NCBI RefSeq assembly: GCF_009914755.1
Contig: NC_060937.1
Origin: the human T2T-CHM13v2.0 reference genome, Homo sapiens
Strand: one strand, 5' to 3'
DNA length: 64,000 nt
A program made the translations under genes and the position numbers. The notes under the pieces were generated by a model, which saw only the letters and a program-made list of their open reading frames with translations, ran no database searches and was not told the origin of the DNA. Below, one piece after another: positions 12,492-25,547 of the stretch. Within the stretch, counting starts at the first letter, position 1; each line of letters opens with the position of its first letter.

Positions 12492-14386
12492 TTAAACTAG
12501 CATTTTAACTAGTGATAATATTGAAATTAAATAATGATGTGGTTTATAAAATCTATACACTGAAACAATCACAGTATACAAGATCAATGGTAGTGTACTC
12601 AGTACACATTATAGTCCATTCTGCTTACAAAATGATAAAAGTTATTACTTGTAGAAGTTGAATCATTCTGCGTGTAAATTTTTTAAAACTTTAGTATAAG
12701 TTTTTAAGCTATAATTAATGTTTTCACTATAGAACTAACCTGACATTTTGGCTCCACTCTTGAAATGCGAAAAGTAAGACTTTAAAAGCATTTAAGAAAT
12801 GATAAACACGAACGAGACTAATTTTAATAATGGGGCATTTTACTCTATAATATGAATTTTATGTTGTAGTCGAGATGTCTCAAATGGTTACAGTACATAT
12901 TTCCTACCATTTTTATCAGTAACTCCAAATTTTTGACAGTTTTTCAAGAACTTAAAACAACGATTAGTATTTATACCTGTGTTGAGCCTTCCTTTCTGTT
13001 TCTTTAATAAACTGAAATATATTCAAGATCATTTGTGGTTAATAGAGTGCTTTTGAATTTTCACATGGTTCATAATATTCGTAATATTTGTGCCAACATC
13101 CACAGTGGGGTTCTGAGGCTGGGCAAGGTTTGCACTTTAAGAATGAGCAGAGATTCTCTCACTTTTATATAAGGCTGTAGAACAGCTTGAACATGACTCA
13201 GTGAGACAGGCCAATCTTCCTTGATATTCATTTGTCCTTGAGCCCTGTCACTCCATTTGTCAGGCTCGTCTCAATGGAAATAAGTGCCATTCATTTTTAA
13301 TCGGTTGATATTACTTCTCTCACTGATAATCATCTAGAACGTTGTCTAACTACATGTGTTGCTATGGAGACCTTCTTGTATTCATCACAAATTTTTAATC
13401 TTTCAATACATGAGCAATAAAGAAGTACTAGCATTTTCCATGGACTTGCTCCCTCTTCATTTTTATTGGACAACATGAAATAGGATAAGTAAATTGCAGG
13501 ATTAAAAAATGCATATAGCACATTATGTCCAGGAATTGCTCTGTGAATGAAGGAAATTTCAAAGCACAAATGGTTGCTTGTTTTGTGACAAGTTACAGCA
13601 GGCAGACAGCACATAGATTCCAGTACTGCAGCTTAATATGCCCAGCAATAATTCAGAAAACAATAGTTTTTGTTACTTTCACAACCTCTCTAAGAGAGTT
13701 TTTTAGATTCACTTGACTTCATAATATTGTTATTAACTTTTCAAATGTGCCAAGATAATAGGAAGCACAGTCCATTATATTTTTAAGCCTTCAACTTGTT
13801 TTTATTTTCTGCTTGGGTCTCCATAGCATTTAGTCATGTATTAATCAAATTATTCGTTTCTAAACATTTATGGACTGTTTTGAAACCTCATTCCAGGAAA
13901 ACTTAAAGAAGCAAAATAGTAGAAGGCAATAGCCCTTGCCATAATTAAGCTAAACATAAAGACCTAAAATACACCAACAGAACTAAGAGCATATTAACAT
14001 TAAGAGTATTATATAGAAAGTAAAAATCTAGAAAATATTATTATGTCACTGTATCAATAAAATGTAGAATTTCAGAAGAGGAAAATATCTATGTAATCTG
14101 TCACAGACACAATTGTTCTCAAGCAAGTGTTCTGAACACGGTTTCCTTTCTGTCTGAAGATTACTTAAAAGTTTTCTTAATTCTCCAGTATTCTCATTAC
14201 TCCTCTCACTCTTCTTATTTATTAGCTCAAATGAGAAATAGAGTTTACCAAATAAGAACTCCATCAATTTCCTAATACAAAAATTTTGAATTTCCTCTAA
14301 TATTCAGTAACTTTCCAATCACTTTCTGCTCTTTCCTGCCTGGCACCATAGTTCAATGTTTTTTAAACTTTGGTGCTCATCAGAAT

Positions 14387-14827
14387 TGTTAACCAAAACA
14401 CTAGATCCAGCCTAGGTCCTGCTGCTCACCACGCAGAAAATCAATCACTGAGACAATGAGTATTACCCAGGAAGATGGCTTTAATGGGGTGCTGTAGCAG
14501 AGGAGAAGGGAGATCAGTCTCAAATCCATCTCCCTGACTAAAATTAGGGGTTTATAATAGCAGGAAAGAAATACAACTATGTGTGAGAAAACATGAACTA
14601 GGGAGGGGTAAGGAAGCAATCACGAGCGATGAGGGGTCTGGCATCTCATTGTCTGGATGAGCTGATCTGGTGAGTTTATGTTCTTTGACAGTTTTTGGAG
14701 AACAAGGGAACATTTCGTAAGGAAGGAATTCAATAAAACAAATAAAAGCTTCAAGTTTTAAGACCAGAATGGTAAATTTCTATGTTTATCCAAAAAATCT
14801 GCCTATGGGACTATTGAGTCTGTTTCC
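14387..14827 (-). mobile_element. LOR1b-like ERV1 (MER4 group) solo LTR
   Basis: Minus strand GAAACAGACTCAATAGTCCCATAG...TTGGATAAACATAGAAATT...TCTGGTCTTAAAACTTGAAG; 4-bp TSD GAAT at 14383-14386 and 14828-14831. Confidence 0.8.
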
Positions 14828-14862
14828 GAATCACACGGAGGACTTGTTAAAACACAAACAGC

Positions 14863-15214
<352 letters not shown>

Positions 15215-15889
15215 TCACATTTGCATTTCTATCAAGTTCCTCTAATGTTTTTTGGTTATAGAGAGATTATATATCAATTTTTAAACCATGCAATTATTTT
15301 TATATCTTTTATATGTAATATAAAATATGAAAAATATTTTGTTCATTGCTATTTCTGCATCCATAAGTAACTTTTTATTAATAAAACAAGACATCATATT
15401 GTAAAATTATTTTAATCAGTAAAAATTTGAAATTATTATTTTCAGATAAAAGAATAAAATATTTTTTACAATATGAGTGCATCTTTAATATTTCCAAGAA
15501 ATAACATTTTCTTTATTTTCACACTGTTGTCCTAGTTTTCTTGCTTGTAATTTACTGTCTAGAATAGTATATTAGTCTAATTATAAAATATACATGCCTC
15601 TTTTTTTTGGCATTCAACCTGAAACTGTGAGCAGAATTCCCTAAAATTATCTGGAAAACAAAGTCAATGCTGTAATCAAATTTATTTTTTAAATAAATAT
15701 TTGTGATATCTTCAATGTCACCAAAATAAAATCCCAAATTATTCAAGGGGAATTCTAGCTTCCATTGTAATGTCTTCCTTAGCCTTGCAATGAGAACTAA
15801 CATCTACTTTTGAATTTCTGTATCTCTTTGCTGAGAAATCTAATTCAACATTTTTATTCATTCTGCTAGAATTGATGTTTACTTATCAT

Positions 15890-16019
15890 ATTGATCATAC
15901 TGTGAGCCTCCTGAAGCCCAAATAATATGTCATATTCAGGTCTTTATTCTAGGAATATAATACCTCTACCACAGGATAGGGTACTATTACTGAGTTAATG
16001 AGCCAATGAATGAATGAAT
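15890..16019 (+). mobile_element. L2 3' end fragment
   Basis: TGTGAGCCTCCTGAAG...ending in a (TGAA)n tail. Confidence 0.55.
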
Positions 16020-17487
16020 AGTAAAATAAAATTTAGAAAATACCAGGGAGAAGAAATTTAGGAGTCAAACAATAGAAACTTATCCAACCTTGCATCTTTT
16101 TTCAGTATTGGTGAGAAAAGAGACGTTCAAGTTACTGTATTGTTCTAATTATAGAAACTCAATATTAAAAATTAAACAAGATAAATTTATGCATTAAAAT
16201 AGCTATCAGAAAGTCTGTATTTTATCACACATGTTAGCTATAACTATACGTGTTTATTTTACTTGCTTTTCTTTTACAACATTTTATACTTAAAGGGACT
16301 ATTCTAAAAACAACTATCTTTAGTTTCCTTGGAAATACATTGTCAAAATCAAGCACTTATTTTTATTCGGAGTACTTTTCTTTATTGATGAATATTTTCT
16401 GTATGTGAAATTTGTGACCTTACCTAACAGCAATGGAGGTTGACTTGTGCTCACTTTAAGGACAATGACCTCAGAGTTTTAATGAGACTGTTCTTTATTT
16501 CTTATAAATTATTTGCTTCTCAGTACGGAGGATGCAAGGAGCTCTTCCTATTTAACTATGCTACATGTGTATTTGTAAAGATTGAACCTAGTCCCTTTTG
16601 CTCATTTTATGTCCAACTGCTTGCAGTGAATATTTCACAGAATTTTTTTAAAGCATATCTTTTCTTTTTAAAAACTAATATTTGTAAGCAGTATAATCTG
16701 CAGAATATATTTGATACCTGTTCTTTTCTCTGTGGGGAATATTGGACTCATTTCTATTTTCAATATTATTTTAGAAGAGCATAAAGATTTAGTTGAATTT
16801 ATTTTATAAAATAAAAATGTATGAATATATTTAAAGAACAAGGCTTGTCATGTATGGAAATTATTAAAATAATTGTATTTTGTACTCATTTATATATACA
16901 TGCCAGAGTTTTTTAAATGACATGTCTTATAAGTAGAAAATAGAGACTGTTATGTTTTTAAATAAAGCCATCCAATAATAAAGTATTTTTCATAGTTTCT
17001 AATTTAACTGTGAAATAGGAAATTCATAAAAAGTACAAAAACATAAGGAAACATCACTTTCTTGTTTTCTGTGTCTTTGTTAAGCAGACTCCCATGTAAA
17101 AAATATATGCCTTAAATATTGATACATATAAGATCTTTGTAAACTAAATAATCGTCACATTAAAGGGTCTAATATTTAATAAAACACTAAAATTTTATGT
17201 CTTTATTGAATTAAAATAAACATTTATTGAACATATTAAATATTTAATACACCTTGAGTGTGTCAGAACTGAAAAGTGACCCAAACAGAGATACTAATCT
17301 CAAAAATGTCATAATCAAATAAAGAAAATAGCAATGTGGAGGAGACATTGACTGAAGAAATGGTTTGCACTGATGAATTTTAACAGATTAAAAGTCAGTT
17401 TGAACTAAATGTTCCAATTTTTACTATCTTCTCAGTTTTTTGGAAGATGATTCTGCAAGTCATTTATGCTGACACAATACAGATTAA

Positions 17488-17906
<419 letters not shown>

Positions 17907-18097
17907 TATTTCTGATCTTAATCTCATTTTTGCCTAGTTAAAAACAAAATCACCATCTATGATCACAAAGATTATTCTTAGAATTCTCAGTGTTCTGGGA
18001 ATTCAAGATTGTATTAGAAGGGAAATTAAAAATCAAACATATGAAAAGCATAAAATATGTTACTTAAAATTTGCATTGTATTTTAATTGCCTAAGAG

Positions 18098-18789
18098 TGT
18101 AACCACCCAATGGGTTTACTTTGCCAGGGGAATTGCAATAGAGAAAGAGTAATTCATGTGGAGCAAGCTATGCGAGCGACTAGAGTTTTATTACTCAAAT
18201 CAGTCTTGGTGAACATTCAGGGATGTGAGTTTTTAAGGAAAATTTTTGGCAGGTGGGTGTTTGGGAAGTGGGAGTGCTTACTGGTCAGGTTGGAGATGAA
18301 ATCATAGGGGGTCAAAGTAAGTTTTTCTTGCTGTCTTCTGTTCCAGGGTGGGATCACAGAACTGGATAAGCCAGATTACTGGTCTGGGTGGTGTCAGCTG
18401 ATCCATCAAGTGTAGGGGTCTGCAAAATATCTGAAGCATTGATCTTAGGTTTTACAGTAGTGATGTTACTCCCAGGAGCAATTTGGAGAGGTTCAGGCAT
18501 GGCCCCTAATACCTAATTTCTAAATACCTAATATGTTAGTGCTACAAAGGCAGACTGGTCCTCAGGCAAGAAAGGGTTTTTTTTTTTTTTTTTTTTCCCA
18601 GGAAAGGGCTATTATCAATTTTGTTTCAGAGTTAAACTATAAACTAAATTATTTCCCAAGGTTAGTTTGGCCTCCACCCAGGAGTGAAAAAGGAGAGCTT
18701 AAAGGTGAGAAGCAACATGGAGTCGGTTATGTCTGATGTCTTTCACTGTCATAATTTCCTCAGTTATAACTTTTGCAAAGGCAGTTTCA
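18098..18789 (-). mobile_element. LTR8A-like ERV1 solo LTR
   Basis: Minus strand TGAAACTGCCTTTGCAAAAGTTATAACTGAGGAAATTATGACAGTGAAAG...GGTTACA; 4-bp TSD AGAG at 18094-18097 and 18790-18793. Confidence 0.88.
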
Positions 18790-19469
18790 AGAGTATCCAG
18801 AGAAGCGTTACAGCTAGATAGGTATATGCATAGAGAGATGTAGAGACATATGTGAATAAGTGAAGATAACATGCATTTTCATATTTCTTGATAGCTTGTC
18901 TCAATAAATATTATTACTCTATTTTTAAGACGCTCATTAAACTGAAATATATTGTAAATTACATGTCCAAAGAAGACTCAACTTAAAAAGTTAATATTTA
19001 AGGTTACTTACATTTCCTTATAGTAGTTTCCTTACAAACAAAAATTCTCCTCATAGTGATGCTCACTTATATGAATTAATGAAATAATAACCTAGTAATT
19101 AAAGTTATTTTTGCTTACTTCTAAACAGTGTTAATGTCATATAGAGGTCATATAAAATGAAATAACTTTCATTACATGATTGAAATTCAATTTAACTTTC
19201 TTAAAAACCAATTCTGTAGGTTAAGACTGTAAGTTATGAACATTTAACTTATATTGTGCTTTTCCTTGGGAAAAAATCATCTGCCCTTTAACAAATTATG
19301 ACTCTAGTCTCAATTTTATATTCTCGGCAACACCTACTTCTACAGATCAAAGTAACTATATATATGTTTTCAATTTTCATTTCAGAGGAATAAGGTTAGT
19401 AAAAGAGTCGTGTTATTAAGGCCAAATTGATGATCTGGATTGATATTTCTAGTGAAAATATCCTTCAGT

Positions 19470-19905
19470 AAACCTCTGTTTCTGGATAAGATGGAGTAGC
19501 AGAAAGATTATTCACCATCCCACTGAAACACTACAAACCAGAATATGTGTGTTTGTCTGTGTGTATCAATGGTTTTCAAAAATTTGACATTAGATAAATA
19601 AAGGTTTATGTTCCATGAGAGAATAAAATAATATAGGTATGTACGTATGTATGTATGTATCTATCTATCTATCTAGATATAGATATAGATATGTATGCAC
19701 CCACTGTTGTTTCAATATAGTGAGTGGCAATAGTCACCAGGTTGCAGTGTAAATATGGGAAGCAAGGCAGAAACCAAAGTCTCTGAGTAAAGTAGAAGGA
19801 TCTAGAGGTCTATGAAGGCCAAAAGAGCTATAGTTTGGATCACAAATGACTGGGAAGAGAGAGCTGCATAAAGAGAACTCAGAATATCTGGAGGGAGATC
19901 TGGGT
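19470..19905 (+). mobile_element. Old L1M 5'-region fragment with internal (TATG)/(TATC) repeat
   Basis: CTCTGTTTCTGGATAAGATGGAGTAGCAG...CCCACTGAAACACTACAAACCAG resembles L1ME/L1MD 5' ends. Confidence 0.45.
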
Positions 19906-19949
19906 GAATATCCCAGAGCTTCTCTTGCACTTGCTGCTGTTTCATTGGC

Positions 19950-20321
19950 CCTCTATATGCAATTTATTTTTCATGTCTTAATGTAATGTCTAGGAACTCT
20001 AGTACAGTGCTGAATAAAAGTGGGAAAAGTTGACTTCTAAGTCTCAGAAAACAGTATTCAATATTATACCATGAACTATGATATTAGGCATTTCATAAAT
20101 GCCCTTATCAGGTCAATGAGGTTGAAAAAACTATCCTCTATTTCTAGTTTGTTGAGAACATATTTTTTTAATTTTAATAAAAGACTGTTGAATTTTCTTA
20201 AATGGCTTTCTATATCTATTGAGGGGATCTTTTATATTTTAGTTAACATGGTGAAATACACATTCATTGACAAACGTTAGATGAAACTTACATTCCAGGG
20301 AAAATTCTTCTTGACCACAGT

Positions 20322-20357
<36 letters not shown>

Positions 20358-23350
20358 TTTTTTCTTAGTCCATTTAGGCCGCTATAACAAAATATCATAA
20401 TCTGAGTGGTTTATAAACAACAGGAATTCTTACAGTTCTGAGGGCTTGAAAGATCAAGGTACTGGCAGATTCTGCCCAGTGAGATATCACTTTCTGGTTC
20501 ATCCATGGTGCCTTCTCACTGAGTCTAAATGGTGGAAGGGCTGTGGGGGCTTTCTGGGGTTTCTTTTATAACCTCACTGATCACATAGATGATGGCTCTG
20601 TCCTCCTGACCTAACCACCCCCCAATGGCCCTACCTCCTAATGTCTTTCATTGGGTTTCAACATATGAACTGGAGGAAGACACAAAAATTTCGTGTGTGC
20701 ATATATATGTACATATATATATATACGTAATTTATAATTCTATATTTATTATATGAATGTATATTATACACTGTATATAAATATACAATTTCATTAGGTT
20801 TCAACATATAAATTCGTGGAAGAGATAGAAATTTAGTATATATATATAAGCTTTATGTATAACTATACACACATATATTAATTTAATTTGCTAATACTTT
20901 ATTAAGAGTTTTGATCTCCGGGCCTCAGGAATATTTGTCTGTATTCATTTGTTAATGTCTGTCAGTTCTTACCATTAGGTTATGCCAACATTATAAAGTG
21001 TATTAAAATAATTTCTACTTTTTACTTCTGAAAGATTTCCTTATAAAATAAGTATTATTTCTTCCTTAAATAGTGATAGAATTTTGAAAATAAATTTTCT
21101 AGGCCTGGGATTTTATTGGTGAAAAAAAAAATTTAACAGATATATTTCCTTTAATAGTTTTAGGGCTATTTTCTAGCATCCTGTGGCAGAAACAGATTAT
21201 TTATTCTAGTGCTTTCTTCTTTATAATGAAGATCTTTAAAGCCAAAAAATTGTCTATACACACTATTTTAACCATATCCTAGAAATTGTTATATATTGTA
21301 TTTTTATTATCATTCAGCTTAAAATATTCCTTTATTTGCTTAGCAATTTCTTATTCAAAATAAGAACTATTTAGAAGTGTGTTGTTTAATTAACATGGTT
21401 ATTGATGTATAATTTTTTATTGTTTATGTGAATACTAATTATAACTTATAATGTAGTTTCATTGTAGTCACATCAAATGTAGAAATCCTCTCCACTATTC
21501 TTTATTCTATAGCTATTGGACATACTATAACTGTAAACATAAAACCTATAAAACAATGCTAAAAATGTTGTTCCAAATATTCTTACATAGTTTAAAGAAA
21601 TTAAGAGGAAAATAAGTTGCTTATATTCACACAGCTGTATAAATTGTTAATGTTCTTTAATTGTTTTTCATGGTTTCCCCCTTGGCATAAATTATTTTCC
21701 TTCATGGAAAGAATTTCCTTTAACCCTTTTTATAGTTCAGTTACCCTTCAACTCATTCTTAGTTTCCTTTACCTAAAATTGTACCTATTTTATCTTCATT
21801 CTTGAATGGTAATTTGCCTAATAGAGAATTTTTAATTGACAGTTATTTCCATAAGCAATTCAAATATTTTTCTGATGTTTTGTAGTTTCCATTGTCTTTC
21901 TGAGAAGTTTGCATGTATTAGTATCATCACTAATGTTTGTACGTGATATCTTCTTTTCTTTAGCTGCTTTTAATATTTTAGTAATTGTTAACTTCCAGCA
22001 GTTTTACTACAATGCACTTATATATGTTTTTTGGTATATTTGTTCTACTTATAGTTTGCTGGGCTACCTAATTCTGTAACTTTTTGTCTTTCCTCACATT
22101 TAAAAATCTTTCTTTTATTACATCTGATAATATATTTTTCTGCCTCATTATTTTTGTCCTCTTCTGCTGAGATTCCAATTACATTTACTTTAGACCTTTT
22201 GACATTGTGTTTCTCCCTTCAATTCTGTCAGTTTTGCTTCATATGTTTTGGAGCTCTCTTGTAAGGCATGGATATATTTATAATTTTTATGTCTTCCTGA
22301 CAGTTTGACCCTTTTTATCATTATACAATATACTCTTTATCTAGCAATAATATTTGTCTGAATTTCTGTTATGTCTGATAGTATAGCCACTCAGCTCGCT
22401 ATTGTACAGTGCTTTGTGGTTTTATCTGTCTTTTTAATTTTTTGTACTTTTAAACTGTTTCTACAAGGCAATCTAGAGTTTATATCATGTAAATAAAAAT
22501 TAATTGTATCATTTTTATTCATTTCTTAAATATCTGCCTTTTGATTGGAGTATTTCATCCATTTACATCCAATGTCATTAGTTATAGGTGAGGATTTATG
22601 TTCGCTATTTTGTGATTTTATATGTGCGTGTGTGTGTGTGTGTGTGTGTGCGCGCGCACTATGTCTTTTCTCTTTGTCTATCCCTCTATTATTGCTTTTC
22701 TTTGTGTTAAACAGTGTACATTTAAATTCTACTTAGTGCGTGTGTGTGTGTGCACGTGTGTGTGTATTAGTTATTTTCTTAGTGGTTGACCTCCCCTGAA
22801 ATGTTTAGTAATAAATAGTTGACAATCTCATTTTTGTTGTTTTTTTAAGTTGCTTATTTTGCTTAGTAGGCAATTATCTTGGCTATTCTTCGAGTTCTAA
22901 TTGTTTCATTATTCTGAGGGGCAGGGAATAAAATCTGTATGAGCTTCTTTAATCTTGTCTAGACTGTTGGATTCTGCCTCATACAAACATGCTTCAGGCC
23001 TCTACCCATTCTGAAGTTCTCCCAATTCGGCTCTCTCTCTTTTTCTTTTGAAGTCATCCCTCGCTCACACTTACCTGATGTCATAGCAGTTTCAGATTTT
23101 GTTTTCTGATTCTTCTAGGCCAACAAGATCAGACAACAAAGTGAGGATTTCCGTTAGAATTGTTGTCTCACATCCAGTGGATAATGCCCTAAGGCAAAAA
23201 GACCTCAAAAGGAGAAATTTTCCAGTGCTTTTTCTTCATATTGTTTCTCCTCCACATTTCTCTGCTGTTTATGGCTCTCTAGTACTTATAGGTTATTGCA
23301 CTCTTTGTAATTTTTCTAAATATTTCAGTTTCTACCTTTAGGAAAATTAG
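19950..23350 (-). mobile_element. Decayed L1M LINE tract (ORF2 and upstream fragments)
   Basis: T-rich antisense L1 motifs, e.g. CTAGGAACTCTAGTACAGTGCTGAATAAAAGTGG, TCTATTTCTAGTTTGTTGAGAA, TTTGCTTCATATGTTTTGGAGCTCT, TTGACCCTTTTTATCATTATA. Confidence 0.75.
20362..20691 (-). mobile_element. MLT1A/MSTD-like MaLR solo LTR inserted in L1
   Basis: TCTTAGTCCATTTAGGCCGCTATAACAAAATATCATAATCTGAGTGGTTTATAAACAACAG...GGGTTTCAACATATGAA; preceded by (TG)n at 20324-20353. Confidence 0.8.
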
Positions 23351-24137
23351 TCTGATAGGAATTCTCTATTGTGAAATTCAAAATAGAGTTTAGTGTCTTT
23401 AAAAACAAAACCTTATTACTTGGATAAAGACACAATACTCATTATTAGATTTGTCTAACTCCTATATACATAATTTATTTTAAAAAGGAAAATGAAGCGT
23501 GAAAGAAGTTTATTATTTTTCACATTAAAATCTACTGAATTGTAGGACCTGGTATTAGTGAGTATTTCTGCTCTAAAATGGGCAATTACAAAATATGGAT
23601 GCGTATATGTTCCATTTGATCTACTACACATGTGATACCCTGAGGGACATTAACAAGCATAGACCAATTGGTCAATATAACTTGGGGAATCACTTGATAA
23701 GAACTTCTGTGTGCCCCGTAGTTCCATGCATAGACGTGGAAATGCTGATAGTGGTTTCCTATCAATATTCAGAGAACATTGAAATGTATTCTATTTAAAT
23801 AATCATGGATATTTAGCACTACAGAAAGTGACGTGCCACTGAAAGTTTTAAGACTCTCACCCAAGAGTACACTCTAAGTAAATATTTGCAAATTTTTGCT
23901 CTTCCAACTTGTTTCCAGTGTACTGCATAACTTTTGTTTCTCCATTATAGAAAGAGTCAGTGCCATTAGATGAAATGTGTGTCTCATTTTAGGGAGAAAC
24001 AATTTCTAGGGTGACTGCCGATGTCAATATAAATGTGAAATTAGTTCTTGTTTTGTAATGAAAAAAAATTAACAAAATCTTGCCAAAGGTGAAAGTAAAT
24101 ATGAAAACATATTAACAAATGTGTAGAATTAGTAGAA

Positions 24138-24598
24138 TGACAGGATCCTTTTCCAAAGGTTTCATCATATATAGTGAAAGAGTAAAACCTTTCTCAGGCT
24201 GAAAGAATGAAAGGCAACTCAAATTACAAAGGCAAAAGCAGCTCTGCTGTTAATCAGGCTAGGAGAATAGGCCTATACTAAGCCAGCTGCATAGTTACCT
24301 TTGCCCTCACTTCATCAACCACTTTCATCTCATAATAGCACCCAATCCATAGTTAACTCTTGCTTCTTTTAATCACACCTTCGAAATTCAGACCTGCTTC
24401 CCCTAGGTCCTTCTCAGAATCTTTCAAAGGATACTCAAATTTTACAAAAGAAATTTCTTTCTGGTCCCTCTCATCAAGTGACGTTTTGCAGTTTTTCTGT
24501 CAGTTGCGCTTTTACCATAGACATGGTTTTGCAATAAATATAATGTTGCTACATTACAAGCTTATCTGGGGTAGTTTCTAGATGATTATGATTTAACA
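24138..24598 (+). mobile_element. Unassigned old LTR-like element (~460 bp)
   Basis: TG...CA ends, near-TSD AGAA/AGCA, AATAAA about 60 nt before the 3' end, GC-richer than flanks. Confidence 0.35.
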
Positions 24599-24859
24599 AG
24601 CATGTACGGAATTTTGTGGGGACGAGTGCTCTCCTCATAATGAGAAATTAACAAACACTCATCTATCCTAGGAAAAAAACCTTTCCAATTGGAAAAGTAA
24701 CCCAGATTGGTGGGTAAAATAAGTATCTACTTTAGCAGATTAACAAAATCTAGCAACCTTCATTCCAGTTGTCTTCAAAAAGTTATAAAATCTGAGAAAT
24801 TTAATTGTAAATACCCTAGTCAGTTCGCATAGAAAAGCATTATAACTAAAACAGAAATA

Positions 24860-25110
24860 ATGCAGCAACAGTGGTTAAGAGCTAAGTTCTAGAGCCCAAT
24901 TACCTGGCTTTCAAAGACTTATTACACCCACTTATCAGTTGTGAAATCTTATGCAGTTCTCTTGTCTTCACTGTATTCTTAAATTCAATTACTGGTAAAA
25001 TGGAGCTAATAAACAATAATAATATATAGGTTCATTGTAAGGGTTAAATGAAATATTACATGCAAACCTCTTAAAATGGTACTTGTCTTATACTAAGCAC
25101 CAAATTTGTC
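24860..25110 (+). mobile_element. MIR SINE, near full length
   Basis: AGTGGTTAAGAGC...TCTAGAGCC...CCACTTATCAGTTGTGA...GTAAAATGGAGCTAATA...TTGTAAGGGTTAAATGA. Confidence 0.75.
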
Positions 25111-25384
25111 ATCCATATTAAATGCCATAATAATAATAATAATAGGGTCATGGAATACTAAACTATTTTCCATCTTACATGTATACAGACTTCTGGTTCT
25201 ATATTCAATAGAATGTATGACTTAGTACAATTCTCACTGGAATAAAAGTAAGTACTATATGTGTTCACCATTTTAACTAATGCACAGCACAATTGCAAAC
25301 ACATAGATAACACAAATAGGTGAATTTTGGGGGGGATTAGTTATTGGTTTTTATTTTCATTTCATTCCAATCTATTAAATTCTT

Positions 25385-25547
25385 CAGTTATAATTGACAG
25401 AATTATATATACTTAAGGCCAAAACTTGATATTTTGATACCTAAATACATTGTGAGATGATCACCAAAATCATGCTAATTAACATATCCACCACCTCAAT
25501 AATTATAATTTTCTTCTTGTGTGTGTGTGGTAGTAACACTTAAGAAA
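25385..25547 (-). mobile_element. L1MA (MA8/9-like) 3' end fragment
   Basis: TATAATTGACAGAATTATATATACTTAAGG...ACATTGTGAGATGATCACCAAAATCATGCTAATTAACATATCCACCACCTCA. Confidence 0.75.

Noticed and set aside
19634-19697. (TATC)n switching to GATA-like repeats around TCTAGA (quasi-palindrome)
   Set aside because: Ordinary compound microsatellite turnover
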